32,000 nt of DNA from Candidatus Atelocyanobacterium thalassa isolate ALOHA (GTDB lineage Bacteria; Cyanobacteriota; Cyanobacteriia; Cyanobacteriales; Microcystaceae): contig NC_013771.1 in NCBI RefSeq assembly GCF_000025125.1, forward strand, positions 480,001 through 512,000, written 5' to 3'. Shown here one piece after another: positions 1-8,926 of the stretch. The number at the start of each line of letters is the position of its first letter. Within the stretch, counting starts at the first letter, position 1. A model generated the notes under the pieces. That model saw nothing but the letters and a program-made list of their open reading frames with translations. It was not told the DNA's origin and did not search any database. The position numbers and the translations under genes are program-made.

Positions 1-458
1 TAAATGGGCTAGGAGAAGTAATTGGTATAAATACTGCTATTCGTGCTGACGCAATGGGTATTGGATTTGCTATTCCTATTAATAAAGCAAAAGCTTTACA
101 AAAAGCTTTAGTATCTGGCCAACAGGTACCTCATCCATATATCGGAGTACAAATGGTTAACATTACTCCTGAGATAGCTAGAGAAAATAACAGAAACCCC
201 AACTCTCCAATTATTATTGCTGAAGTTGAGGGTATTTTAGTTATTCAAGTAGTTCCTGACAGTCCAGCCGCAAAAGCAAAACTACGTCGCGGTGATGTAA
301 TTATAGCTGTTAACAATCAACCAGTTAAGGATGGAGGGGATTTGCAAAAAATTGTTGAGGAAACTGGAATTAATACTAATTTAAAGCTGAAGTTGTATCG
401 TGGTGATCGTCTAATGGAATTGACTGTTAAAACTAAACAACTAAAAGGAACATCATAG
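1..458 (+). CDS. HtrA/DegP-family serine protease, C-terminal part (5-prime end outside the window)
   Basis: The frame is open from position 3 (NGLGEVIGINTAIRADAMGIGFAIPINKAK), upstream of the ATG at 54 used by the track. GINTAI and GIGFAIP are typical of the HtrA trypsin fold. VVPDSPAAKAKLRRGDVIIAVNNQPV is a typical PDZ segment. Stop codon at 456-458. Confidence 0.85.
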   Translation, partial: NGLGEVIGINTAIRADAMGIGFAIPINKAKALQKALVSGQQVPHPYIGVQMVNITPEIARENNRNPNSPIIIAEVEGILVIQVVPDSPAAKAKLRRGDVIIAVNNQPVKDGGDLQKIVEETGINTNLKLKLYRGDRLMELTVKTKQLKGTS

Positions 459-460
459 TT

Positions 461-505
461 TAGGTATAGTAAATAGTTCTACACAAGGACTATTTACTAT
501 ACCTA
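461..505. terminator. Long hairpin between the convergent htrA-like and DUF92 genes (17-bp perfect stem, 11-nt loop)
   Basis: TAGGTATAGTAAATAGT (461-477) is the exact reverse complement of ACTATTTACTATACCTA (489-505). It starts 3 nt after the htrA-like stop. Confidence 0.5.
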
Positions 506-551
506 CATTGTTCACAGTTTTTGTAATAAATTAAGGTAATAAGATTCTTAT

Positions 552-1316
552 TTAAAATAAATTAGTTTCTAAAAAATATAAAAAGAAAGCTATTAAAGCA
601 CCGATCAAGGTGTTGATGATGTTAACTACGTCATTATTCATCCAACTCACTCGATTTTGCAATGTTGCCCCGATCACACTTTCTACATTTGTAGCAAAAA
701 AAGCAGAAATTACACAATAAGAAACTTCGTTTAAATTAATAAAATTAATAAAAAAACCAACTAATGCGATAAGTACTGATGCGATAAATCCTGCAAGAGT
801 TCCTTCCAGGCTAATTGCTCCTTCTGTACCTGGAGAAGCTGGCCTTAAAGTAGTAATTAAAAAAGTATTTTTTCCATAAACTTTACCTAATTCAGAAGCT
901 ACTGTATCTGATAGTTTAGTACTGATACTTGCTACATATCCTAATATAAATAATTTTGTATAAAAAGGATTGCTAAATAAAGTTCCTAAAGCACAGAATA
1001 GAGCAGTAAGTCCTGAACCCCAAACATTTTCAGGCCCTCTAGTTCCTGATCTTTTCTCAGCGATTCCTGCCTTTTCTTTTTTTGATATGCCAACATATGT
1101 AATAGCCGAGCCAATTATGAAATAAGACATTATTAAGATATATCCTTGCCATCCCAATAGCCACCAAATCAAAACTCCTAAAAGCCAAGCATGTAGATAC
1201 CCTGAAAAGGTTAAAAGTTTTTTAGGTATAATCATAGCAAAGCCAAGTAATAAACTATTTAGTATGATACTAATCAACCAAGATCTATCTAAATATGACG
1301 TGATCATCGTTTGCAA
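552..1316 (-). CDS. DUF92/TMEM19-family integral membrane protein, the family of plant VTE6 phytyl-phosphate kinase
   Basis: 254-aa multi-pass membrane protein with the conserved block KLSDTVASELGKVYGKNTFLITTLRPASPGTEGAISLEGTLAGF, characteristic of COG1836/DUF92. Assignment is from remembered family features. Confidence 0.65.
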   Translation of the reverse strand: MQTMITSYLDRSWLISIILNSLLLGFAMIIPKKLLTFSGYLHAWLLGVLIWWLLGWQGYILIMSYFIIGSAITYVGISKKEKAGIAEKRSGTRGPENVWGSGLTALFCALGTLFSNPFYTKLFILGYVASISTKLSDTVASELGKVYGKNTFLITTLRPASPGTEGAISLEGTLAGFIASVLIALVGFFINFINLNEVSYCVISAFFATNVESVIGATLQNRVSWMNNDVVNIINTLIGALIAFFLYFLETNLF

Positions 1317-1535
1317 TTCCTTATATAAGTAGAAGCATTCGTCTAATTCTTTGATTTCTATTTTAATCGTTAAAGGCTGTAAGTATACGATATGTCCAAA
1401 ATATATATATATTTCGAAAGAATATAAAATAATTTACAATTTATCAAATAGCAATAAAAATATTAAATAAGATAAAATATTAATACTACAAAAACTCCCA
1501 CAACCACTATAATTTTTTAAAGGCTACTATAAATC

Positions 1536-1892
1536 ATGACAGAAACAAATCAAAATCAATCCACAGGAATAAACTTAACAGAAGCTGCTCTTGAGCATGT
1601 CTTAAAATTAAGAGAAAAACAAAATAAGGATCTGTGTTTACGTGTTGGAGTTAGGCAAGGAGGATGTTCTGGTATGTCCTACATAATGGAATTTGAAAGT
1701 TCTGAAAATATAGAAAAACAAGATAAAGTATTTGAGTATGATGGTTTCCAACTTGTGTGTGATCCTAAAAGTTTTCTCTACCTTTATGGATTAGTCCTTG
1801 ATTATAGCGATGCCATGATAGGTGGCGGATTTGAATTTACAAATCCTAATGCTAACCAAACTTGTGGGTGTGGAAAATCTTTTGGCGTTTAA
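1536..1892 (+). CDS. A-type iron-sulfur cluster carrier (IscA/SufA/HesB family)
   Basis: 118 aa with the internal GGCSGMSY cysteine and the C-terminal CGCGKSFGV motif, the three-Cys signature of A-type carriers. Confidence 0.85.
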   Translation: MTETNQNQSTGINLTEAALEHVLKLREKQNKDLCLRVGVRQGGCSGMSYIMEFESSENIEKQDKVFEYDGFQLVCDPKSFLYLYGLVLDYSDAMIGGGFEFTNPNANQTCGCGKSFGV

Positions 1893-1920
1893 ACATATCT
1901 TAATTGAGGATATGTTTAAA
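1888..1920 (+). terminator. Hairpin overlapping the iscA-like stop codon (12-bp stem, 9-nt loop)
   Basis: TTTAAACATATC (1888-1899) pairs with GATATGTTTAAA (1909-1920). There is no strong U-tract after it, so a terminator role is tentative. Confidence 0.3.
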
Positions 1921-1966
1921 ACTAATTTCTTCCTACTAATTAATAAGATCTAATGAAACTTAAGGT

Positions 1967-2392
1967 ATGACAAATTTATTCGAGACTGATTTTGAAGAAG
2001 GATTGGAAAGATATAAGCAAGGTGAAAAACCTGAAGACCTGATTGTCTATTTTAAAAAAATTTGTGATCATTCTCCTAAACATGCGATCGCTTGGACTTG
2101 TCTCGCTTGGTTATATTTACTTGCCGATAAACCATATAAAGCCCTAGAAGCTGCTAAAAAAAGTGTTAAAATCGATAGTAAGTCACCTCAAAGTCGAATC
2201 AATTTAGCCTTAGCAATGTTAGAATGCAATGTAACAGGTGTTCGCTCTCACATTCAAGTAGCAGAGCAGGTGATGTCTTTAGATAAAGAAACTTATCAAG
2301 AGGTTTTAGATAACATAGAAGACGGTTTAACTAGAAAACCTAACTGGGAAAATCTAAAGAACATCCAAAAATGGTTATCATTACCCAGTTAA
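1967..2392 (+). CDS. Hypothetical protein with TPR-like helical repeats
   Basis: 141-aa ATG ORF. The AWTCLAWLYLLADKPYKALEAAKKSVKIDSKSPQSRINLALAM region has a TPR-like pattern. No specific family recognised. Confidence 0.45.
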   Translation: MTNLFETDFEEGLERYKQGEKPEDLIVYFKKICDHSPKHAIAWTCLAWLYLLADKPYKALEAAKKSVKIDSKSPQSRINLALAMLECNVTGVRSHIQVAEQVMSLDKETYQEVLDNIEDGLTRKPNWENLKNIQKWLSLPS

Positions 2393-2534
2393 CTATAGTT
2401 ACTTACATGTAGCTACTTATACTATTTTATTTTTATATAAAATGATGTTGCCATATTGTGTTTTATATTATTACAATATAATCTTTAACTTGTTAAAAAA
2501 TATAAAACGCAGTATGGTATTGAGCGGACTTTAT

Positions 2535-2616
2535 GGGCGGATGGCGAAATTGGTAGACGCACCACACTCAAAATGTGGCGACTTCGGTTGTGGGGGTTCG
2601 AGTCCCCCTCTGCCCA
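2535..2616 (+). tRNA. tRNA-Leu (anticodon CAA), class II with long variable arm, no intron, CCA not encoded
   Basis: Acceptor GGGCGGA/TCTGCCC with one G-U pair. Anticodon stem CCACA/TGTGG with loop CTCAAAA. T-arm GGGGG-TTCGAGT-CCCCC. Discriminator A at 2616. Confidence 0.9.
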
Positions 2617-2902
2617 CTAAACACAAAAATGCGTAATACTTTAAAGACATCGCATGACTTATGTTTCTCATTAAGTTAGTATTCAAATGAATATATATAT
2701 AATAATAAATCGAATGGTATTTGATCTATTACACTTTATGAGTAAAATATCAATAACTCATCAATTATAAATACGTAGTTATTTGATAGGTTAACTTTTA
2801 AAATTCATTCTAATTTTTTTAGTAGTTCGTAAATAAGATATAATTTCGAGTTGAAACTAAATTTTAGATTGCTCAATTGCAGCCGACCATTAGGTAGATT
2901 CA

Positions 2903-3736
2903 GTGGACTTGATTCAAATTTTTAACACAACAAAGCCAATCATTGGTGTTGTTCATCTGTTACCTCTACCCACATCAGCACGGTGGGGAGGTAGTTTAAC
3001 TACAGTTATTGAACGGGCCGAACAAGAAGCTACTGCTCTTGCAGCAGGAGGAGTACATGGTATTATTCTTGAGAATTTTTTTGATACTCCGTTCACAAAA
3101 GATAAAGTTGATCCGGCAGTCATAAGTGCTATGACTTTAATTGTTGATCGAATTAAAAATTTGGTCGTCATTCCTGTCGGTATTAATTTATTGCGTAATG
3201 ATTCCATTGGAGCCATGGCTATCGCTTCAACAATAGATGCTCAGTTTATACGCGTTAATGCTTTAACAGGCATTATGACTACGGATCAAGGCTTTATTGA
3301 AGGTAATGCTCACCAACTATTAAGATATAGAAAAGAATTAGGAGCAAACGTAATTATATTAGCAGACGTTTTAGTTAAGCATGCTCGCCCACTAGATACT
3401 ATTAATTTAACGGATGCTGTAAAAGATACTGTAGAAAAGGGACTTGCAGACGGTATTGTTTTATCGGGTTGGTCTGAGAGTAGTCCTCCTAGTATTGAAG
3501 ATTTGAAATTAGCTGCTACGGTTGCTGAAGGAATTCCAATTTTTGTAGGTAGTGGAGCTAATTCAAATAATATTAGCAACTTAATGAATGTAGCAGATGG
3601 AGTTATTGTAGCAAGGTCATTAAAACGTCATGGAAAAATAAGTGATCCTATTGATCCAATCCGTGTGGCTCAATTTATTGAGGTAACCAAGCAAAATATT
3701 TATTTACAGGAGAAATTGGATTATAGTAGTTCCTAG
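2903..3736 (+). CDS. btpA: BtpA/SgcQ-family protein (photosystem I biogenesis protein BtpA)
   Basis: 277 aa with a GTG start. The N-terminus KPIIGVVHLLPLPTSARWGG and overall TIM-barrel-like pattern match remembered cyanobacterial BtpA. Confidence 0.8.
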   Translation: MDLIQIFNTTKPIIGVVHLLPLPTSARWGGSLTTVIERAEQEATALAAGGVHGIILENFFDTPFTKDKVDPAVISAMTLIVDRIKNLVVIPVGINLLRNDSIGAMAIASTIDAQFIRVNALTGIMTTDQGFIEGNAHQLLRYRKELGANVIILADVLVKHARPLDTINLTDAVKDTVEKGLADGIVLSGWSESSPPSIEDLKLAATVAEGIPIFVGSGANSNNISNLMNVADGVIVARSLKRHGKISDPIDPIRVAQFIEVTKQNIYLQEKLDYSSS

Positions 3737-3797
3737 AGTTAAAATAATAAAAACATTTTTAAGATCCAGAATAATTATATTTTAGTAAAAAATCACT

Positions 3798-4778
3798 ATG
3801 ATAAATAAACGTTCCACTCCTATGATTTATCGCTGGTCACGATATATTATTGGTATGATTGCAATATCTGGTACGATCTTAACGGCCTATTTAACCATAA
3901 CCAAACTGACTGGAACAAATGTATATTGTGGTGTTAATGATGCTCAAATTCTAGAGGCAGGTTGTAAAAGTGTTCTTAATAGTCGCTATGCAACAGTTTT
4001 TAATCTACCCTTGAGCTTGTTTGGTACCCTGGCCTACGCTAGTATGTCTATCGCCTCTCTAGGCCCATTATTATTAAAAGCTGAGAAAAATAAAAATTTC
4101 ATAAAAAAAATTAACGAATGGACTTGGCAGTTTCTTCTGATAGGAGGAATCGCTATGGCAATGTTTAGTAGCTATTTAATTTATATTTTAAATACAGAAT
4201 TACATTTAGTTTGCTACTATTGCATAAGTTCTTTTATCTTTTCTTTTGGTTTAATGATTTTTAGTATCCTAGGAAAAGAGTGGGAAGATGTAGGTCAAAC
4301 TTTATCTATTTCGATTATTGTTGTGATAATAACTTTAGTCGGAACTTTAGGGATATATGCTGATACTGAAAAACCCTTAGTAGAAGGTCGTATCGTAGTC
4401 AAGCAGGCGAGAACGGCACCAACTGCTCCTAATGGATGGCCTATAACTTCTAAATCTGGAGAGTCAGAGGCAAAATTAGCAGAACATTTGACATCTATTG
4501 GAGCTAAGATGTACGGCGCTTTTTGGTGTCCTCATTGCCACGATCAAAAACAACTTTTTGGTTCAGAAGCATTTCAGAAAGTTGATTATATTGAATGTGA
4601 TCCTAGAGGGAAGGCACCTCAGCCTGATATATGTATTTCTTCCAATATAAAATCTTATCCTTCATGGAAAATTAACGAAGAGCAACTATCAGGAGCTCAG
4701 TCTCTTGATAAATTAGCAGAAAGATCTAACTATACAGGTCCTACTAATTTCAAATATATAATTCCTGAGCATAAATAA
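3798..4778 (+). CDS. Vitamin K epoxide reductase (VKOR) homologue fused to a thioredoxin-like domain (disulfide-bond formation)
   Basis: N-terminal multi-TM domain with loop cysteines (CGVNDAQILEAGC) and a membrane CYYC active site. The C-terminal soluble domain carries WCPHC. This is the known cyanobacterial VKOR-Trx architecture. Confidence 0.85.
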   Translation: MINKRSTPMIYRWSRYIIGMIAISGTILTAYLTITKLTGTNVYCGVNDAQILEAGCKSVLNSRYATVFNLPLSLFGTLAYASMSIASLGPLLLKAEKNKNFIKKINEWTWQFLLIGGIAMAMFSSYLIYILNTELHLVCYYCISSFIFSFGLMIFSILGKEWEDVGQTLSISIIVVIITLVGTLGIYADTEKPLVEGRIVVKQARTAPTAPNGWPITSKSGESEAKLAEHLTSIGAKMYGAFWCPHCHDQKQLFGSEAFQKVDYIECDPRGKAPQPDICISSNIKSYPSWKINEEQLSGAQSLDKLAERSNYTGPTNFKYIIPEHK

Positions 4779-4851
4779 ATACAATCAATTACGAATATAT
4801 TTCAAATTCATACCATTTTAATTTATAGATAACTGAGCCTTATTCTAAGAA

Positions 4852-5832
4852 CTAGGAAAATAATATACATAATTCCAAGATTTTATTTTTTAGGATTTTT
4901 TCTGAATCATATCCTTTTTTTAAATTATTTTCCAAGTCTAATAGAATAGGAAAAGCCTCTAATAAATCTTCACTTTTAATATTCTTTATTTCTTTTCTCA
5001 AAAAAAACAAACGATTAGGATTTGATACTTCAGCGGCTTTGGCTATCACTGTATTATCATTCTCTCCTGTTTCGATTTTTAATTTAATAATAGTCCAAAT
5101 ACGAAACTGTCCTACTAAAGTTGTTAGTATTTTTAAAGGATGCTCGTTATAAGATAATAATTTTATAGTTATTTCTAATGCTTTTTCTTTATTACCCTGA
5201 GATATAGCTTTAGCTAACTGCAAACTACTATAATTACTAATATTTACGATAGAAGATACTGTATCCTTGCTTACAGGCTTTTCTTTTTCATAATTATAAA
5301 GACTTAATTTCTCTAACTCATTCCATAACAGTCGAGTATCATTTCCTACAGACTCTACTAATAAGTTTAGAGCTGATGAAGATAAATTGACTCCAATTTC
5401 TTCAGAGAATTGTTGAGCCTTAGTAATTAATTCATCTATTTTCCAGGGAAGAATTAAGCTAAACTCACGCATATCTGCATATTTTTCAAAAAGTTTTGTT
5501 GATTTTAATTTTTTATTAGGTCTTTTACTCGATGTTAAAACAAAATTCGAATCATTAGGAATAGCTGCTATGAAAGGTTCTATTTTAGTAAAAATATCAT
5601 CTGAACATTGCTGAAGAATAGAAGATCCTTCAAGCCATATAAGCTTTTCTCCTGTTCCAAGCACAGGAGTCATAACTTGATTTAGAGCTTCTAATATACT
5701 GTAAGTATTTTCTTCATGTATTTTATGGTAATTAAATTGTATCCACTCAGGATTAATAACTTTCTTTCTTAGTTTTTGGATAGTCTGAATAATTCTAAAA
5801 TTATCTTCACCCCAAAAAAAATAAATTCCCAT
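4852..5832 (-). CDS. holA: DNA polymerase III delta subunit
   Basis: 326 aa. The N-terminus MGIYFFWGEDNFRIIQTIQKLRKKVINPEWIQFNYHKI follows the conserved cyanobacterial HolA opening (IYLYWGED...FNY). Length is typical. Confidence 0.75.
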   Translation of the reverse strand: MGIYFFWGEDNFRIIQTIQKLRKKVINPEWIQFNYHKIHEENTYSILEALNQVMTPVLGTGEKLIWLEGSSILQQCSDDIFTKIEPFIAAIPNDSNFVLTSSKRPNKKLKSTKLFEKYADMREFSLILPWKIDELITKAQQFSEEIGVNLSSSALNLLVESVGNDTRLLWNELEKLSLYNYEKEKPVSKDTVSSIVNISNYSSLQLAKAISQGNKEKALEITIKLLSYNEHPLKILTTLVGQFRIWTIIKLKIETGENDNTVIAKAAEVSNPNRLFFLRKEIKNIKSEDLLEAFPILLDLENNLKKGYDSEKILKNKILELCILFS

Positions 5833-6136
5833 ACTAAAACATTAAGGTAGTTTTATAGATTTTTTGTATCATAGCTTTAATACATAGCATATATAGAGCA
5901 ACTATGTACTATCTTATTTTACTTTTATAAGAATATAAATTTTAGATGCTTTTAATTTTTTTAAAAGAAATTGATATGTTTTTGAAGGTAAAAAATCTAA
6001 TAAAAAACTACAGCACCATTCTTGAGATTAAAGTGTAAATGAATATGATATGAAGTACTTAAAAAGTCATGCTATGAATTTTATCAAATATGTTTTTTAG
6101 TGAAGTAAAATAAATTAATATTTTTAATTTAATTAT

Positions 6137-6718
6137 ATGATTGTAGAAAAATACTCGTTGTTACCAGAGTATAACTTAGCAACAATTTTTGCTATGGATA
6201 ACATTCTTTCTACCCAAGGCATTATGGTTATGCTATTAGTAGCTTATGGATTAGCCATGTGGACTTTTCTTACTAATGCACCCAAAGTCTATACAGTTAT
6301 GGTGTCTGATATTAAAATTGCACAAAAGTTTTATGAAGGTTTATTAAAACTAAATGCAGCAGACATTCCCTTGCATTATTACTATACACCCACAAAAAAT
6401 ATAAGTACACCGGCGACAGTCGATCCACTACATATGTCAGTGGATTATACAAGCATGGGTGGTATGGATATGGATACAAAATATGGATTATGGTATCAAC
6501 TTAAAAAGAATACTCAGCTACATATTATTAGTGGAGCAAGTTATGGCTATAATAATCGTCAGCGCCATGTATGTTTTGATAATCATTGTTTGAAAACTAT
6601 TCTACTTAAGATTCAAGCAAAAAGGTTAAGGTATAAAGTCCGCTGCAAGCAACCTCTTAATTTTTTAGTCAAAGATATTGATGAAAGAACTATTGAAATA
6701 GTGGAAGTGAAGAATTAG
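6137..6718 (+). CDS. Hypothetical protein: N-terminal TM helix plus a possible glyoxalase/VOC-like fold
   Basis: 193-aa ORF. A hydrophobic helix (IMVMLLVAYGLAMWTFL) is followed by VSDIKIAQKFYEGLLKL and LHIISG, which are reminiscent of VOC-family beta-alpha-beta units. The true start may be an internal Met. Confidence 0.4.
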   Translation: MIVEKYSLLPEYNLATIFAMDNILSTQGIMVMLLVAYGLAMWTFLTNAPKVYTVMVSDIKIAQKFYEGLLKLNAADIPLHYYYTPTKNISTPATVDPLHMSVDYTSMGGMDMDTKYGLWYQLKKNTQLHIISGASYGYNNRQRHVCFDNHCLKTILLKIQAKRLRYKVRCKQPLNFLVKDIDERTIEIVEVKN

Positions 6719-6758
6719 TTACAATAAAACAGCTCTTATTGAATAAGATTTAATTATT

Positions 6759-7541
6759 TTATGGAATAACTTTTACGCGTTGAGTAATCATAGTAATGCC
6801 ATCGTTTCTAACCAGGATAGAGGATAGCCAATGATCTTGAAGATTATCCTTTATAGATATTCTTTTAAATAGACCCCCAGATTTCAACAATTTTAATGGC
6901 ATTTTAGGAGGGTTTAAATAATTATTAGTATCAACTTCTCCTGAGATCGCCATTCCAGCCAGAAGATTATCACCTAAAGGCTCGCTAAGAATAACATCAA
7001 AGTCAAATGTTTCTCCAATTTTTACAGTTGTTGGTAAATTAACAATCACGGTTGGTGGTTGTTTCCCAGTAGTTAATTTTGTTATTTCACTTAAAATTTC
7101 TTGTTCGACTATCTTATTTTTTTGAAGAGATTGGTAAGATTTTATTGTTGACTCTAATCTAATTTCTCTTCCATTACTTATACTGTTCCCTGAAATTTTC
7201 GTTAAAGTTTTTACCAACCAACTTTTATCTTTTTTTTCCCAAGATAATATTTTTGTTTGATATCTTAAATTAGGATACTCTATCCATAATTTACTAATTC
7301 CTTCAGCAAGTTTATTTAATGTTAATCCATCAGTTGTTATATACTGATCACCATAAAAAGATTTTACAGATTTTAAATTTTTTGAATTAGCTGCATCATC
7401 AACTTTTGCAATAAATTCTTGAAGTTCCATTGGAATATCATTGGTCTTTACTGCATAAACTGGCATATATCTTCCTAAGCTTAATCCGCAACCAAGTATG
7501 ATAGAGAGGAACCAACGTTGATAAATCATACGTTTATTCAT
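6759..7541 (-). CDS. Hypothetical lipoprotein or secreted protein
   Basis: 260 aa with an N-terminal signal sequence and a lipobox-like ILGC. The rest is soluble with no recognised catalytic motif. Confidence 0.5.
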   Translation of the reverse strand: MNKRMIYQRWFLSIILGCGLSLGRYMPVYAVKTNDIPMELQEFIAKVDDAANSKNLKSVKSFYGDQYITTDGLTLNKLAEGISKLWIEYPNLRYQTKILSWEKKDKSWLVKTLTKISGNSISNGREIRLESTIKSYQSLQKNKIVEQEILSEITKLTTGKQPPTVIVNLPTTVKIGETFDFDVILSEPLGDNLLAGMAISGEVDTNNYLNPPKMPLKLLKSGGLFKRISIKDNLQDHWLSSILVRNDGITMITQRVKVIP

Positions 7542-7602
7542 ATTAGGGCATTCCGATTAATAGTACAGAATCCAATCTAAATTATAGCGAATTTTTATTT
7601 TT

Positions 7603-8583
7603 ATGATACGTTTACTTATAGCTGCAAGTGGTACCGGAGGTCATGTTTTTCCTGCTTTAGCAGTAGCAAAAAAATTACCTAATTATGATGTTCACTGGCT
7701 AGGCACATCTAATCGCTTAGAACAAAGTCTAGTAAATGATTTATATCCTTTACATACAATACCTGTTGAGGGATTTCAAACCAGATCTATTCTGAAAAAT
7801 ATAAAAATTTTATTTAGATTACTCCAATCAGTCTTCTGGATCAGAAAATTACTCAAAGAAAAAAAGATTGATGTTATTTTTACTACCGGAGGATATATTT
7901 CTGGTGCTGTTACTTTAGCTGCTTACATATTAGGAATTCCTGTGATATTACACGAGTCTAATTACATTCCAGGAAAAACAACAAAATTACTAAGTTATTT
8001 TTGTCATGTTACGGCTTTAGGATTTAAAGAAACAGAAAAATATTTACCATGGGCTACTACCACCTATTTAGGAACACCTATTAGAGAACAATTTAGTATT
8101 TCTCAATATTTAGATTTGAATATTCCAGAAAAAGCATTTCTAATAATTGTGATTGGTGGATCCCAGGGAGCAGTCTCAATTAACAACTTAGTACGTCAAT
8201 GTGCTTTAGATTGGATCAACTCAGGTGCATATGTTGTTCATTTAACGGGAAACAATGATACGAAAGTTAAAACTATTAATCATACTCAATATATTACACT
8301 ACCTTTCCATAGCAATATGGCTGCGCTTTTGCAAAGAGCAAATTTAGCGATTAGTCGTGCTGGTTCGGGAACATTAGCAGAATTAGCTGCTACTCATACA
8401 CCTGCAATTTTAATTCCTTATCCTTTTGCTGCAGAAAACCATCAATTTTATAATGCAGATTTTTTTGTCAAAGCTAAAGCTGCTTATTGTTATGAACAAA
8501 AAAAATTAACAAGAGAGCAATTAAAAATTGCTGTGTTAGACCTAATAAAAGATCCAACAAAGCTAAAAAGAAATGGCATATGA
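7603..8583 (+). CDS. murG: MurG (UDP-N-acetylglucosamine--N-acetylmuramyl-(pentapeptide) pyrophosphoryl-undecaprenol GlcNAc transferase); the reading frame breaks about 28 codons before the expected end
   Basis: The N-terminal SGTGGHVFPALAVA motif and the GGSQGA and RAGSGTLAEL blocks are typical of MurG. In-frame stop at 8581-8583. The conserved tail MAYEMSKLTTKDSAEKLAELINNSLKN continues in the +1 frame at 8573-8656. Confidence 0.85.
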   Translation: MIRLLIAASGTGGHVFPALAVAKKLPNYDVHWLGTSNRLEQSLVNDLYPLHTIPVEGFQTRSILKNIKILFRLLQSVFWIRKLLKEKKIDVIFTTGGYISGAVTLAAYILGIPVILHESNYIPGKTTKLLSYFCHVTALGFKETEKYLPWATTTYLGTPIREQFSISQYLDLNIPEKAFLIIVIGGSQGAVSINNLVRQCALDWINSGAYVVHLTGNNDTKVKTINHTQYITLPFHSNMAALLQRANLAISRAGSGTLAELAATHTPAILIPYPFAAENHQFYNADFFVKAKAAYCYEQKKLTREQLKIAVLDLIKDPTKLKRNGI

Positions 8584-8926
8584 AATGTCAAAACTAACAA
8601 CTAAAGACAGTGCAGAAAAGTTAGCAGAACTAATAAATAATAGTTTAAAAAATTAATCACTAGATGCTTTCTTTTAAAGATTTACTATAAAAAAATATCA
8701 TTTGTTATGTTATTTTTAGTATTTTTATATTCAATTAGGTAAGAAAAAATATACTCTCAACTTTAATCATAATAAAATTGTATATATCTATGATTAAGAA
8801 ATATTGCGAAAAGAAAATAAATAAGTCATAATTATTGGTGTAATACCTACATGTATAAGACTTTAGAATTATTTTCAACCAAGATTATTCTTGTTATTTG
8901 TGTTTTAGAGGCATTAGTAAAAATTT

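Noticed and set aside
2535-2616. Group I intron in tRNA-Leu, which is classic for cyanobacterial tRNA-Leu(UAA)
   Set aside because: This gene has anticodon CAA and a continuous 82-nt cloverleaf, so no intron is present.
2442-2636. 64-aa track ORF
   Set aside because: It overlaps tRNA-Leu(CAA) at 2535-2616 on the same strand. Its C-terminal half is just the translated tRNA gene, so it is spurious.
2953-3579. Two minus-strand ORFs (2953-3216 and 3310-3579) inside btpA
   Set aside because: They are antisense to a well-supported conserved gene, their composition is Ser/Pro/Ala-rich as expected from mirrored coding sequence, and no motifs are present.
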